Below are positions 1 to 8,957 of a stretch of DNA of 56,489 nucleotides, piece after piece. The DNA is from Actinomycetota bacterium (GTDB taxonomy: Bacteria > Actinomycetota > Actinomycetes > S36-B12). The translations under genes were made by a program, and so were the position numbers. Position 1 is the stretch's first letter. Every line of letters begins with the position of its first letter. The stretch is from assembly GCA_029978585.1 (NCBI GenBank), contig JAPOJD010000001.1, forward strand, positions 1 through 56,489, given 5' to 3'. Under the pieces are notes generated by a model. The model did not search any database. It was given only the letters and a program-made list of their open reading frames with translations, and was not told where the DNA came from.

Positions 1-90
1 GCCCCCCGGGCCCCGTTGCGCCCCCCCCCGCGGGGTGGGGGGGGGGGGGGTGCCGCCGGGGGTGGGGGTGCCGGCCCCCCCCCCCGCCGC
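1..90. other. Low-complexity G/C homopolymer tract, probably low-quality contig-end sequence
   Basis: No A in the first 90 nt, with long G and C runs unlike the rest of the window. Confidence 0.6.
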
Positions 91-140
91 TCAACGCAGT
101 GTGCGGAGCCGAATCGGGCCCGGGGTGCCCTCTCGCGCAC

Positions 141-170
141 TAGTCTCGCCGTACGCCGCGACCGGCGTAC
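141..170 (+). promoter_or_regulatory. Putative -10 element (TAGTCT) followed by a perfect 8-bp inverted repeat GTACGCCG-cgac-CGGCGTAC upstream of the ABC/urease operon
   Basis: TANNNT at 141-146; palindrome at 151-170; AAGGAGG RBS at 183-189. Confidence 0.4.
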
Positions 171-193
171 CCGCGTTCGGTGAAGGAGGTGGC

Positions 194-1264
194 GTGACCG
201 CCGGGCCAGCGCTCCGCATCCGCGACGTGTCGAAGGCCTTCCCCACGCCGGAGGGCGGGGTGGTCCAGGCGCTCGACTCCGTCAGCCTCGACGTCGCCGA
301 CGGGTCTTTCATGGTCCTCCTGGGCCCGTCCGGATGCGGCAAGACGACCCTGCTGCGCTGCATCGCGGGGCTCGAGTCGCCGGACAGCGGGGAGATCGAC
401 CTCAAGGGCCAGCGCATCGACGGCGTCCCGGTGTGGAAGCGACGTGTGAACACCGTCTTCCAGTCCTATGCGCTCTTCCCGCACATGACCGTCGCGCAGA
501 ACATCGCGTTCGGGCTCCAGATGGACAAGCTCCCCAAGGCGGAGATCGCGCGCAAGGTCGACCAGGCGCTCGACATGGTCCGCCTGACGGACCTCGGCGC
601 ACGACGCCCCAGTCAGTTGTCGGGCGGGCAGCAGCAGCGTGTCGCCCTCGCGCGCGCACTGGCCAAGGAGCCCGAGGTGCTCCTGCTGGACGAGCCCCTG
701 TCGGCCCTCGACCTCAAGTTGCGCCGCGGTATGCAGATGGAGCTCAAGCGGCTGCAGCGGGAGACGTCGATCACCTTCGTCCTCGTCACCCATGACCAGG
801 ACGAGGCGATGTCGATGGGGGACGAGGTCGCCGTCTTCGACCGCGGGCGAATCGCGCAGGTGGGCCCGCCCCGGGAGGTCTACCTCGCGCCGAGGACCCG
901 CTTCGTCGCCGACTTCATCGGGGAGGCCAACCTCCTGGAGGGTACGGCGGCCGAGGGCCGCATCACCATCCGAGGTTTCGGCGAAGTGCCCGCGAGCGGC
1001 CTGGCTGTCGACACGGGGCGTCCCGCGGATGGCGCGGTCGTCCTGGCGGTCCGCCCGGAGAACGTCACGGTGAGCCCCGACCCTTCGGGCAACGGCACCG
1101 TCGTGGACGCAACATTCATCGGCGGGGACCTGCATCTCGAGGTGAGCGTGGGAGACGCAGTCCTGTCGGCACGCCAGGGCGGGCTGGGATCGGTCGCGCT
1201 CGCCGCTGGCGACTCTGTCCGCGTGGGCTTCGCACCCGGCTCGGCCCGGACCGTGGACCCCTAG
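194..1264 (+). CDS. potA: Spermidine/putrescine-type ABC transporter ATP-binding protein
   Basis: Walker A GPSGCGKT, VNTVFQSYALFPHMTV, LSGGQQQR, LLLDEP and a C-terminal TOBE-like region; GTG at 194 follows AAGGAGG. Confidence 0.9.
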   Translation: MTAGPALRIRDVSKAFPTPEGGVVQALDSVSLDVADGSFMVLLGPSGCGKTTLLRCIAGLESPDSGEIDLKGQRIDGVPVWKRRVNTVFQSYALFPHMTVAQNIAFGLQMDKLPKAEIARKVDQALDMVRLTDLGARRPSQLSGGQQQRVALARALAKEPEVLLLDEPLSALDLKLRRGMQMELKRLQRETSITFVLVTHDQDEAMSMGDEVAVFDRGRIAQVGPPREVYLAPRTRFVADFIGEANLLEGTAAEGRITIRGFGEVPASGLAVDTGRPADGAVVLAVRPENVTVSPDPSGNGTVVDATFIGGDLHLEVSVGDAVLSARQGGLGSVALAAGDSVRVGFAPGSARTVDP

Positions 1265-2247
1265 TGGCCTCGACCCAGGCCCCGACCGAGACCACCGGTC
1301 CGGTTCCCACCGAGGTGCGCAGGCAGCGCCGATCCTCAGGACGCGCCGGCCAGGGATCGTGGTGGGCCGGACTGCCCGGCCTCCTCTTCCTCATGGCCCT
1401 CGTCCTCGCCCCTCTCGTGATCATCGTCCTCTACTCGTTCCTGAACCGGGCCAAGCTCGGCGTCGGGGTCAAGTGGCTCTTCACCGTCCAGCCATACGTC
1501 GAGCTCTTCTACTCGGAGTCGCTGTCGGGCGAGAAGACGTTCGACCCGGTCTATCTGCAGGTCCTGCTGAACTCAGCGCTCTACTCCCTCGTGACGGCAC
1601 TGGTGTGCCTGGTGCTGTCGGTGCCGATCGCCCTGTGGATCGCCACGCGGCCGCCCCGTTGGAGAACGGCGCTCGTCTTCCTGGTGACCATTCCGTTCTG
1701 GACGAGCCTGCTCATCCGCACGTACGCGTGGGTGATCATCCTCAACGACAACGGGCCGATCAACGGTGCGCTCACCGGCCTAGGCCTGATCTCCGAGCCG
1801 CTGCCGATGCTCTACACGCCCTTCGCGACCACCGTCGGACTGGTGTACTCGTTCCTGCCCTTCATGATCCTGCCCATCTACGCCAGTGCGGAGCGCTTCG
1901 ACTTCCGGCTGGCCGAGGCGGCGTATGACCTGGGGGCGACGCGCCTCACCGTGCTCCGGCGCATCGTCATGCCCGCCATCAGGCCCGGTGTCATCGCGGG
2001 CATGATCCTGGTCTTCATCCCCGCACTCGGGTCGTACCTCGCTCCGGAGCTGCTCGGGGGCGGCAAGACCTCGATGATCGCGAACGTCATCGCGGCGCAG
2101 TTCGGCGCTTCACGCAACTGGCCCTTCGGCGCCGCCCTGTCGGTCATGGTGCTCGTCATCACCATGCTCGTGCTCGTGGCCTTCGCCGTGGTGATCCGCC
2201 GGTCCGGCCGGGACGGCAACCGCCAGCAACTGGAGTCGTTCCTGTGA
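1264..2247 (+). CDS. potB: Polyamine ABC transporter permease (PotB-like)
   Basis: IPFWTSLLIRTYAW, EAAYDLGA (EAA loop), NWPFGAA; coupled to potA. Confidence 0.9.
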   Translation: MASTQAPTETTGPVPTEVRRQRRSSGRAGQGSWWAGLPGLLFLMALVLAPLVIIVLYSFLNRAKLGVGVKWLFTVQPYVELFYSESLSGEKTFDPVYLQVLLNSALYSLVTALVCLVLSVPIALWIATRPPRWRTALVFLVTIPFWTSLLIRTYAWVIILNDNGPINGALTGLGLISEPLPMLYTPFATTVGLVYSFLPFMILPIYASAERFDFRLAEAAYDLGATRLTVLRRIVMPAIRPGVIAGMILVFIPALGSYLAPELLGGGKTSMIANVIAAQFGASRNWPFGAALSVMVLVITMLVLVAFAVVIRRSGRDGNRQQLESFL

Positions 2248-3044
2248 GCCGCGTGCGCGGGACGGGGGAGTCCCTGAAGAACTTCCCGCTCTTCGGGCTG
2301 GTCTCGGTTCTCGTCTTCGCCTTCCTCTACATCCCTCTGGTCTTCGTCGTCGGCTATTCCTTCAACGTCAACCGCGTCGTCACGGTGTGGAAGGGCTTCA
2401 GCCTCGAGTGGTACGCCGACGTCCTGACCAACAACGACATCCAGCGGGCCCTGATGAACTCGCTGCGCGTCGCGGTCGTGTCCACGATCCTGTCCGTCGT
2501 CCTGGCCACGGGGCTGGCGATCGGTCTCCTGCGCATGGCTCGGGCGGGCCGCATGTTCGCCTGGGGGCTCATCATGGCGCCCCTGATCATCCCCGAGATC
2601 GTCTTCGCGATCGGCACTCTCGCGCTCTTCGTCCAGGTGCGCTTCCCGCTGGGCGTGGAGGCCATCACCCTCGCGCACACCGCCTTCTGCATCCCGTTCG
2701 CGCTGCTGCCCATCCGGGCTCGCCTCCGAGGGGTGGACTTCGCCGTCTACGAGGCCGCGGCCGACCTCGGCGCGAACGAGTGGACGATCTTCCGGCGCAT
2801 CACGCTGCCCCTGCTCATGCCGGGAATCGTGGCCGGCGCTCTCCTGGCCTTCATCATCAGCCTGGACGACTTCCTCGTGTCCTACTTCCTCGCGGGGGCA
2901 GGGGGCACGACACTGCCGGTGTATATCTTCGGCATGATCCGCAACGCGATCACTCCTGGAGTGAACGCACTGTCGACGCTGCTGCTGCTGGTGAGCATCG
3001 TCATCGTGACCCTGTCCTACGTCATCACGAGCAGAAAGAGGTAG
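2244..3044 (+). CDS. potC: Polyamine ABC transporter permease (PotC-like)
   Basis: FLYIPL, GFSLEWY, EAAADLGA, SLDDF, TTLPVYIF; GTGA overlap. Confidence 0.9.
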   Translation: MSRVRGTGESLKNFPLFGLVSVLVFAFLYIPLVFVVGYSFNVNRVVTVWKGFSLEWYADVLTNNDIQRALMNSLRVAVVSTILSVVLATGLAIGLLRMARAGRMFAWGLIMAPLIIPEIVFAIGTLALFVQVRFPLGVEAITLAHTAFCIPFALLPIRARLRGVDFAVYEAAADLGANEWTIFRRITLPLLMPGIVAGALLAFIISLDDFLVSYFLAGAGGTTLPVYIFGMIRNAITPGVNALSTLLLLVSIVIVTLSYVITSRKR

Positions 3045-3046
3045 CT

Positions 3047-4213
3047 ATGGCACCGTGGAAGAACCGCCGCATGCCCGGCATCGCGCTGGTCATCGGCATT
3101 ACAAGCCTCATGGCGCTGGCAGCCTGCGGTGGCGAGACCACCGTGGGGGGCGGTGCCAGCAGCGAGGCCCCGGCATCGTCGGCCGCGGCTCCCGCGCCGG
3201 CGGAGAGCGGCGGCGCACCCGCGGCAGACTTCCCCACGCCGAACGGGGGGGAACTGAACCTCTACAACTGGACCGACTACATCTCGCCCGACCTCATCAA
3301 GAGATTCGAGTCAGAAACCGGAATCACGGTCAATCTCGACACGTTCGACTCAAATGAGACGCTCCTCGCGAAGCTCCAGGCCGGCGGAGCGAACTACGAC
3401 GTCATCGTGCCGAGTGACTACATGGTCGCGCAGATGATCGAGCTCGGGCTCCTGCAGGAGGTCGACCCCGCGAGCTTCCCCAACGGGAAGAACATCAAGC
3501 CGGAGTTCCTGGACGTGTACTTCGATCCGGGCCGCAAGTACACCGCCCCCTACATGTACGGCACGACGGGGATCGCGTACGACCCCACCAAGACCGGGGT
3601 CGAGGTCACCTCCTGGGCCGACTTCTTCGACCCGAACAGTCCGGCGGCCGGCAAGATCGGAACGCTGAATGACCAGGTCGAGGTGATCCACGCGGCCCTC
3701 CGCGCGGTGGGCTCGCAGCCCTGCTCTCCGAACAAGGAGGACTACGTCAAGGTCGAGGAGCTGCTCAAGAACTGGAAGCCCGGTGTCGCCGTCATCAACT
3801 CCGATGGCGTTATCGGCCGTATGGCCTCGGGCGAGCAGGTCATGCACATGATGTGGAACGGCGCCTTCACCCGTGCCCAGGCGGACAACCCCGATCTGCA
3901 GTACGTCTACCCCGCCGAGGGCATCAACCTGTGGCAGGACAACTTCGCCGTTCCGAATGGGGCGCAGAATGTCGACAACGCCAAGATCTTCATGAACTGG
4001 ATGATGGACCCGAAGAACATCGGCGAGGCGACCAACTTCGTGGGTTACGACAACGGGATCACCGGATCGGACCAGTCCATGACCCCGGAGCTCGCGTCGA
4101 ATCCCGCCGTCGTGATCCCCGAGGAGTTCAAGGCCCTGGCAAAGCCGACGCCCGGCTGCCCTGTGGAGGTCATCGACCTCTACGACCAGGTCTGGACGAA
4201 CTTCAAGAAGTAG
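3047..4213 (+). CDS. potD: Polyamine ABC substrate-binding lipoprotein (PotD/PotF-like)
   Basis: Lipobox LAAC, LYNWTDYI, FDSNETL, YDVIVPSDY, PAEG..LWQD; ATG 2 nt after the potC stop. Confidence 0.88.
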   Translation: MAPWKNRRMPGIALVIGITSLMALAACGGETTVGGGASSEAPASSAAAPAPAESGGAPAADFPTPNGGELNLYNWTDYISPDLIKRFESETGITVNLDTFDSNETLLAKLQAGGANYDVIVPSDYMVAQMIELGLLQEVDPASFPNGKNIKPEFLDVYFDPGRKYTAPYMYGTTGIAYDPTKTGVEVTSWADFFDPNSPAAGKIGTLNDQVEVIHAALRAVGSQPCSPNKEDYVKVEELLKNWKPGVAVINSDGVIGRMASGEQVMHMMWNGAFTRAQADNPDLQYVYPAEGINLWQDNFAVPNGAQNVDNAKIFMNWMMDPKNIGEATNFVGYDNGITGSDQSMTPELASNPAVVIPEEFKALAKPTPGCPVEVIDLYDQVWTNFKK

Positions 4214-4220
4214 TGCACGC

Positions 4221-4249
4221 GGGGGCGGCCGGGCTGACCGGCCGCCCCC
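4221..4249 (+). other. 12-bp perfect GC hairpin after the substrate-binding protein gene (mRNA stabiliser or partial terminator)
   Basis: GGGGGCGGCCGG-gctga-CCGGCCGCCCCC, no U tract. Confidence 0.55.
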
Positions 4250-4266
4250 CTACTGCGGAGGCCCCT

Positions 4267-5877
4267 GTGGCGACCACCCGAATCGAGAACGCAACCGTCT
4301 GGACGGGGCACCGGCTGCCGTCCGGCGACGTCTTGACGACCGACGCCGTCCTCGTGCGCGACGACCGGATCGTGGCCCTCGGTGGGACGGCTCGCTCTAC
4401 GGACGCCGACGAGGTGATCGACGGACAGGGTGGCTTCGTGCTCGCGGCGTTCGGTGACGGACACGTGCATCCGGTCTTCGGCGGGCTCGAGCAGCAATTT
4501 GCGCCCGTGCGCGACATGTCGAGCCCGCTGGAGATCGCCGCCTCGGTTGGCGCCTGGGCGCGTAGCCATCCCGAGACCGAATGGGTTCGCGGAGAGGGAT
4601 TCGATCACACACTGGCACCAGAAGGCATCTTCCTGGCGTCGTGGCTCGACGCCGAAGTGCCCGACCGACCGGTGGTGCTTCGCGCGACGGACTACCACAC
4701 CGTCTGGGTCAACTCCGAGGCTTTGCGACGCGCCAACTATGGCGTCGGGATCGCACAGCCGCACGATGGCGAGATCGTGCTGAGTGACGACGGCATGCCC
4801 ACCGGCACTCTTCGAGAGTGGGGTGCCTGGCGACCGGTCTACAACCTCATGCCTGAGCCTCCCCTGACCATGCTCATGGATGCGGTGTCCTTCGCCTCTC
4901 GCTCCTTCGCCTCAGCCGGCATCTCCTGGATCCAGGACGCCTGGGTGGAGCCGAGCGGCGTCGGCGTCTGGTTGACCGCCGAGCAGCGGGGCCTCCTCGA
5001 CCAGCAGGTCGATCTCGCCCTGTGGGCGGATCCCAACTCCTGGCGCGAGCAGCTCGACGGTTTTCAGGCGTCACGGGCCCGCGTGGCCGCCGAGGGCGGC
5101 GGGCAGGTATCCGCCCGCACCATCAAGTTCTTCGCCGACGGAGTCATCGAATCGGCCACCGGCGCCCTGATCGAGCCCTACTGCGACTGCCCCCACTCCA
5201 GGGGCCTTCCCAACTGGGACCCCGAGGAGATGAAGCTGGCTGTCGCGGCCATCGACGCCCTCGGCTTCACCGCCCACATCCACGCCATCGGTGACTTCGG
5301 TGTGCGCATGGGGCTAGACGCGACCGAGTACGCGTCTCGCGTCAACGCCCCGTGGGATCGCCGTTGGGTCATCGTGCACACCCAGCTCGTCGACCCCGCC
5401 GACCTGGCACGTTTCGCCGAGATTGGCGTCATCGCCAACTTCGAGCCGTACTGGTCGAAGTTCGACTCCTGGCAGACTGAGCTCACCGCCCCACGCCTCG
5501 GGCCAGATCGCACCGCTCGGCAGTACCAGACCGGCACGATCGCCAACCTGGGCGCGACGATCTCCTTCGGCAGCGATTGGCCGGTGACGACGTACGCGCC
5601 GCTCGAGGGGATCCAGGTCGCCGTCACCCGCCAGATGGGGCCGGGTGAACCGGTGTGGCTGCCCGATGAGCGGGTCAGCGTCGACGCTGCCCTGTCGGCC
5701 TACACGAGCGGCGTGGCCTATCAGGCCGGTCGCTCCGACGCGGGGTACGTGCGGCCCGGGGCGGTCGCCGACCTGGCCTGGATAGCTCAGGATCCGCGCG
5801 CGGTCGATCCGTTGACCATCGGGGCGATCCCCGTGTTGGGCACCTGGTACCGCGGCCGGCGCACCTTCACGGGCTGA
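4267..5877 (+). CDS. Metal-dependent amidohydrolase (Amidohydro_3, YtcJ/NfdA-like)
   Basis: DGHVH, KFFADG, HIHAIGD, IVHTQ, FGSDWP motifs; GTG after GGAGG. Confidence 0.85.
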   Translation: MATTRIENATVWTGHRLPSGDVLTTDAVLVRDDRIVALGGTARSTDADEVIDGQGGFVLAAFGDGHVHPVFGGLEQQFAPVRDMSSPLEIAASVGAWARSHPETEWVRGEGFDHTLAPEGIFLASWLDAEVPDRPVVLRATDYHTVWVNSEALRRANYGVGIAQPHDGEIVLSDDGMPTGTLREWGAWRPVYNLMPEPPLTMLMDAVSFASRSFASAGISWIQDAWVEPSGVGVWLTAEQRGLLDQQVDLALWADPNSWREQLDGFQASRARVAAEGGGQVSARTIKFFADGVIESATGALIEPYCDCPHSRGLPNWDPEEMKLAVAAIDALGFTAHIHAIGDFGVRMGLDATEYASRVNAPWDRRWVIVHTQLVDPADLARFAEIGVIANFEPYWSKFDSWQTELTAPRLGPDRTARQYQTGTIANLGATISFGSDWPVTTYAPLEGIQVAVTRQMGPGEPVWLPDERVSVDAALSAYTSGVAYQAGRSDAGYVRPGAVADLAWIAQDPRAVDPLTIGAIPVLGTWYRGRRTFTG

Positions 5878-5878
5878 C

Positions 5879-6601
5879 ATGGCCCTCACCCCGGGCGAGG
5901 CAGACCGGCTGCTGCTTTTCACTCAGGCGCAACTCGCGCGCGCACGGCGCGACCGGGGACTGCGACTCAACGTCCCGGAGGCCACCGCGCTCATCGCCGA
6001 TGCGGTGTGCGAGTGGGCACGCGACGGCCTCACCCTCGAGGAGGCCCGCGACCGCGCGCGGGCGATGCTGACGCCCGCGGACGTGCTACCCGACGTGCCG
6101 TCGATCCTCACGGACGTGCGCGTCGAGGCGCGCTTCGACGACGGCACGCGGCTCGTCGTGGTCCACGACCCTTTCGGGGTCCTGCTGCCTCCGGACCGGA
6201 CCGAGCACCGCGCCAGTGGCGTCCTGCTCACGATCTGCAATGAGGCGGTGACCCCCATCGGCGTGACATCGCACATGCACCTCGCCGAGGTGAACCCCCG
6301 GCTCCGGCTCGACCGCGCGGCTGCGTTCGGCCACCGCCTCGATGCCCCCGCGGGCACCACGACATGGATTGCGCCGGGCGAGGCGGCCGAGGTGCGCATG
6401 GTCCCGATCGGCGGGGAGCGGATCGTGGAGGGCAACACCGGGGCGGTGAACGGCGCCCTTGATGACCCTGCCGTGCGCGACCGGGCACTGGCCGTGCTGC
6501 GCGAATGCGGCTATCTGGACGTCGTCGACGGCCGTGACGTCAACGCTCCGGCCGATGCGGAGTCGGCGGTTGCCCGTCTCATGGAGGGGCGCCGCCCATG
6601 A
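5879..6601 (+). CDS. ureAB: Urease-like gamma/beta fusion subunit
   Basis: Gamma part LTPGEADRLL..RGLRLNVPEA..VEARFDDGTRLV; beta part GVTSHMHLAEVN..AFGHRLDAPAGT..VPIGG. Confidence 0.85.
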   Translation: MALTPGEADRLLLFTQAQLARARRDRGLRLNVPEATALIADAVCEWARDGLTLEEARDRARAMLTPADVLPDVPSILTDVRVEARFDDGTRLVVVHDPFGVLLPPDRTEHRASGVLLTICNEAVTPIGVTSHMHLAEVNPRLRLDRAAAFGHRLDAPAGTTTWIAPGEAAEVRMVPIGGERIVEGNTGAVNGALDDPAVRDRALAVLRECGYLDVVDGRDVNAPADAESAVARLMEGRRP

Positions 6602-8241
6602 CCGCCTACGGTCCCGCAGCAGGCGACGTCGTCGTGCTGGGCGACACCGGCCTTCGGCTACGCATTCCGGATCGGGTGGCCGATGCGAGCGACGAGTTCA
6701 AGGTGGGCTTCGGCAAGACCGGCCGCGATGGGATCGGGCTCACTCCCGTCACGACTGCCGAGTCCTGCGATGTCGTGCTGGCCAATGTCGTCGTCATGGA
6801 CCCCATCGATGGGATCAGAGTGGCCTCCATAGGAATCCGCGAGGGACGCATCAGCGGCATCGGGAAGGCGGGCAATCCGCGCGTCTCCCGCGATGTCGAT
6901 GTGGTTGTCGGCTCCGGAACGGTGGTTATCGAGGCCGATGGCCTGATTGCGACGCCGGGGGGCATCGACACCCACGTGCATTCACTGTCGCCGCGGGTGT
7001 TCGAGGCGGAGATCGCCTCCGGGGTGACGACGGTGATCGGCCAGGAGGCGGGCCCGGTGTGGGGCGTTGGCCTGGGATCGCGCTGGTACCTCGATCTCGC
7101 GCACCGTGCGCTCGACCATTACCCGCTGAACATCGGCCTCCTGGGACGGGGCTCGAGCTCGCGACCGGACGTGCTGCGCGAGGCGGTCGAGGGCCACGTG
7201 TGCGGATTCAAGGTTCACGAGGACACCGGGGCGACCCTGGCCACTATCGACGCCGCCCTGCGGGTCGCCGATGACATCGACGTGCAGGTGGCCCTCCACA
7301 CGGACGGGCTCAACGAGACGTTGTCGGTGTCCGACACGCTCGCGGTCCTCGATGGACGGGTGATCCACGCGTTCCACGTCGAGGGCTGCGGCGGGGGCCA
7401 TGCCCCGGATGTGCTCACGCTTGCCGGCCATGATCACGTGCTGGCGTCGTCGACCAATCCGACGCTGCCCTACGGCGCCAACGCCGTTGCCGAGCATCTC
7501 GACATGATCCTGCTGTGCCATGGCATGGACACGGGCAGCGAGGCCGACGTGCGGATCGCCCGCGCCCGGGTACGAGGCGTGACCATGGCCGCGGAGAACC
7601 GCCTGCACGACATGGGAGTCATCCCGATGACCTCCTCGGACGCGCAGGGTATGGGACGTGCCGGCGAGACCTGGTGGCGGACGTTTGCCCTGGCCAGCGT
7701 GATGGCGGGCGCAACCGACTCCGAGGACACTGGCACCGACTCCAACGAGCGGATCCTGCGGTATCTGGCGAAGATCACCATCAATCCCGCCCTCGCCCAC
7801 GGCATCGCCCACGAGGTCGGCCGCCTGACCGCGGGCTACCTCGCTGACATCGTGCTGTGGCCCGCCTCGAGTTTCGCGGCCAAGCCGTGGCTGGTGCTCA
7901 AGGCGGGCTACCCGGCCTGGGGCGTCACCGGGGACCCGAATGCGAGCATTTCGGAGGCCGAGCCGCTGCGCCTGGCGGAGCAGTTCGGCGCTCTGGGTGC
8001 GGCGCCTGCGGAACTGTCCCGCCTGCTCACGAACTCAGCGGCCGCGGCAGAGCGACCGTCAGCGCGAGCCCCCCTCATCGTGCGCGACTGCCGCACGGTA
8101 CGGGGCTCGGACATGGTGCGCCATGGAGTGCTCGGGGAGATCAGCGTGGCTCCGGATGGCTCCGCGGTCACCTGGGACGGGAGCGCGCTCGACGGGCTCC
8201 CGGCGGAGAAGGTCCCGCTCTCGCGCCTTTTGTTCTGGTAG
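6598..8241 (+). CDS. ureC: Divergent urease alpha subunit
   Basis: GGIDTHVH, GFKVHED, ALHTD, FHVEGCGGGHAPD, SSTNPT, SSDAQGMGR, KITINPA; ATGA overlap. Confidence 0.88.
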   Translation: MTAYGPAAGDVVVLGDTGLRLRIPDRVADASDEFKVGFGKTGRDGIGLTPVTTAESCDVVLANVVVMDPIDGIRVASIGIREGRISGIGKAGNPRVSRDVDVVVGSGTVVIEADGLIATPGGIDTHVHSLSPRVFEAEIASGVTTVIGQEAGPVWGVGLGSRWYLDLAHRALDHYPLNIGLLGRGSSSRPDVLREAVEGHVCGFKVHEDTGATLATIDAALRVADDIDVQVALHTDGLNETLSVSDTLAVLDGRVIHAFHVEGCGGGHAPDVLTLAGHDHVLASSTNPTLPYGANAVAEHLDMILLCHGMDTGSEADVRIARARVRGVTMAAENRLHDMGVIPMTSSDAQGMGRAGETWWRTFALASVMAGATDSEDTGTDSNERILRYLAKITINPALAHGIAHEVGRLTAGYLADIVLWPASSFAAKPWLVLKAGYPAWGVTGDPNASISEAEPLRLAEQFGALGAAPAELSRLLTNSAAAAERPSARAPLIVRDCRTVRGSDMVRHGVLGEISVAPDGSAVTWDGSALDGLPAEKVPLSRLLFW

Positions 8242-8330
8242 GCCGTCACGGGGTCATAGACTCATGGCCCCGGAGGCCTTGTCCCTTTCGCATCGCCTTT
8301 GCTCCGAGACGATTGTGAATTGAGGACGCC

Positions 8331-8957
8331 ATGAGCGACGAAGCCTCCACGCCTCCGTCCCCCGACACCCCCCCTCCGCCACTCCCGGCCCCGGGCACAC
8401 CGGACTTGCCACCTGCGCCGACCGATGCCGCGGCGCCGCGCAACGGAATGGGCACCGCGGCCCTGGTCCTGGGGATCATCGGGCTGGTCCTCGCGTGTGC
8501 CTTCGGCGTCGGAACCATCTTCGCGATCATCGCGATCGTGCTTGGCGCCATCGGGCTCAAGAACGTCAAGAAGGGTGTCGCCAGCAACCGTGGCAGTGCA
8601 CTCGCCGGCACCATCCTCGGCATCGCCGGTCTCGTGGTCGGGACGGTCGTCGTGATCTTCGTGGTGCTGTTCTCGCTCAGCACCGCACCGCCGACGTCGT
8701 CGCTTGATCCCGACAACAACTCCAAGACCGGTCTCGCGGATGGGCAGTACAGCCTGCAAGTGACCGCGTACTTCCTGTACAGCGACCAGTGCTCCTACAC
8801 CGGTACGCCCGTCAACCTCGACACTCAGACGGCAGCCGGCTCCAGCGTCACGGTGGTCGGCCTCGACGAATCCGTGTGCGGCTACTCCGGCCTCGAGACG
8901 GGGGCCGTCTACTTCGACGTCTCTGGCGGAGAAGCCGAGGTCGTCCGCGTCGAATAG
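8331..8957 (+). CDS. DUF4190-like membrane protein with a Pro-rich N-terminus and an extracellular C-terminal domain
   Basis: NGMGTAALVLGI..AIVLGAIGL..RGSALAGTILG pattern. Confidence 0.65.
   Translation: MSDEASTPPSPDTPPPPLPAPGTPDLPPAPTDAAAPRNGMGTAALVLGIIGLVLACAFGVGTIFAIIAIVLGAIGLKNVKKGVASNRGSALAGTILGIAGLVVGTVVVIFVVLFSLSTAPPTSSLDPDNNSKTGLADGQYSLQVTAYFLYSDQCSYTGTPVNLDTQTAAGSSVTVVGLDESVCGYSGLETGAVYFDVSGGEAEVVRVE

Noticed and set aside
145..185. Guanidine-II/III riboswitch upstream of the operon
   Set aside because: Only one hairpin with a CGAC loop (no paired ACGR loops); CGTACCCG is present but the other guanidine-III elements are missing
1..193. ORF-track N-terminal extension of potA (start 35) and a possible G-quadruplex in the G runs
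   Set aside because: The extension is low-complexity homopolymer sequence at the window edge, likely an artefact; a strong RBS supports GTG 194
2387..4266. Long upstream extensions of the PotD and amidohydrolase ORFs (starts 2387 and 3853)
   Set aside because: Stop-poor alternative frames over real genes in high-GC DNA; recognisable proteins start at 3047 and 4267
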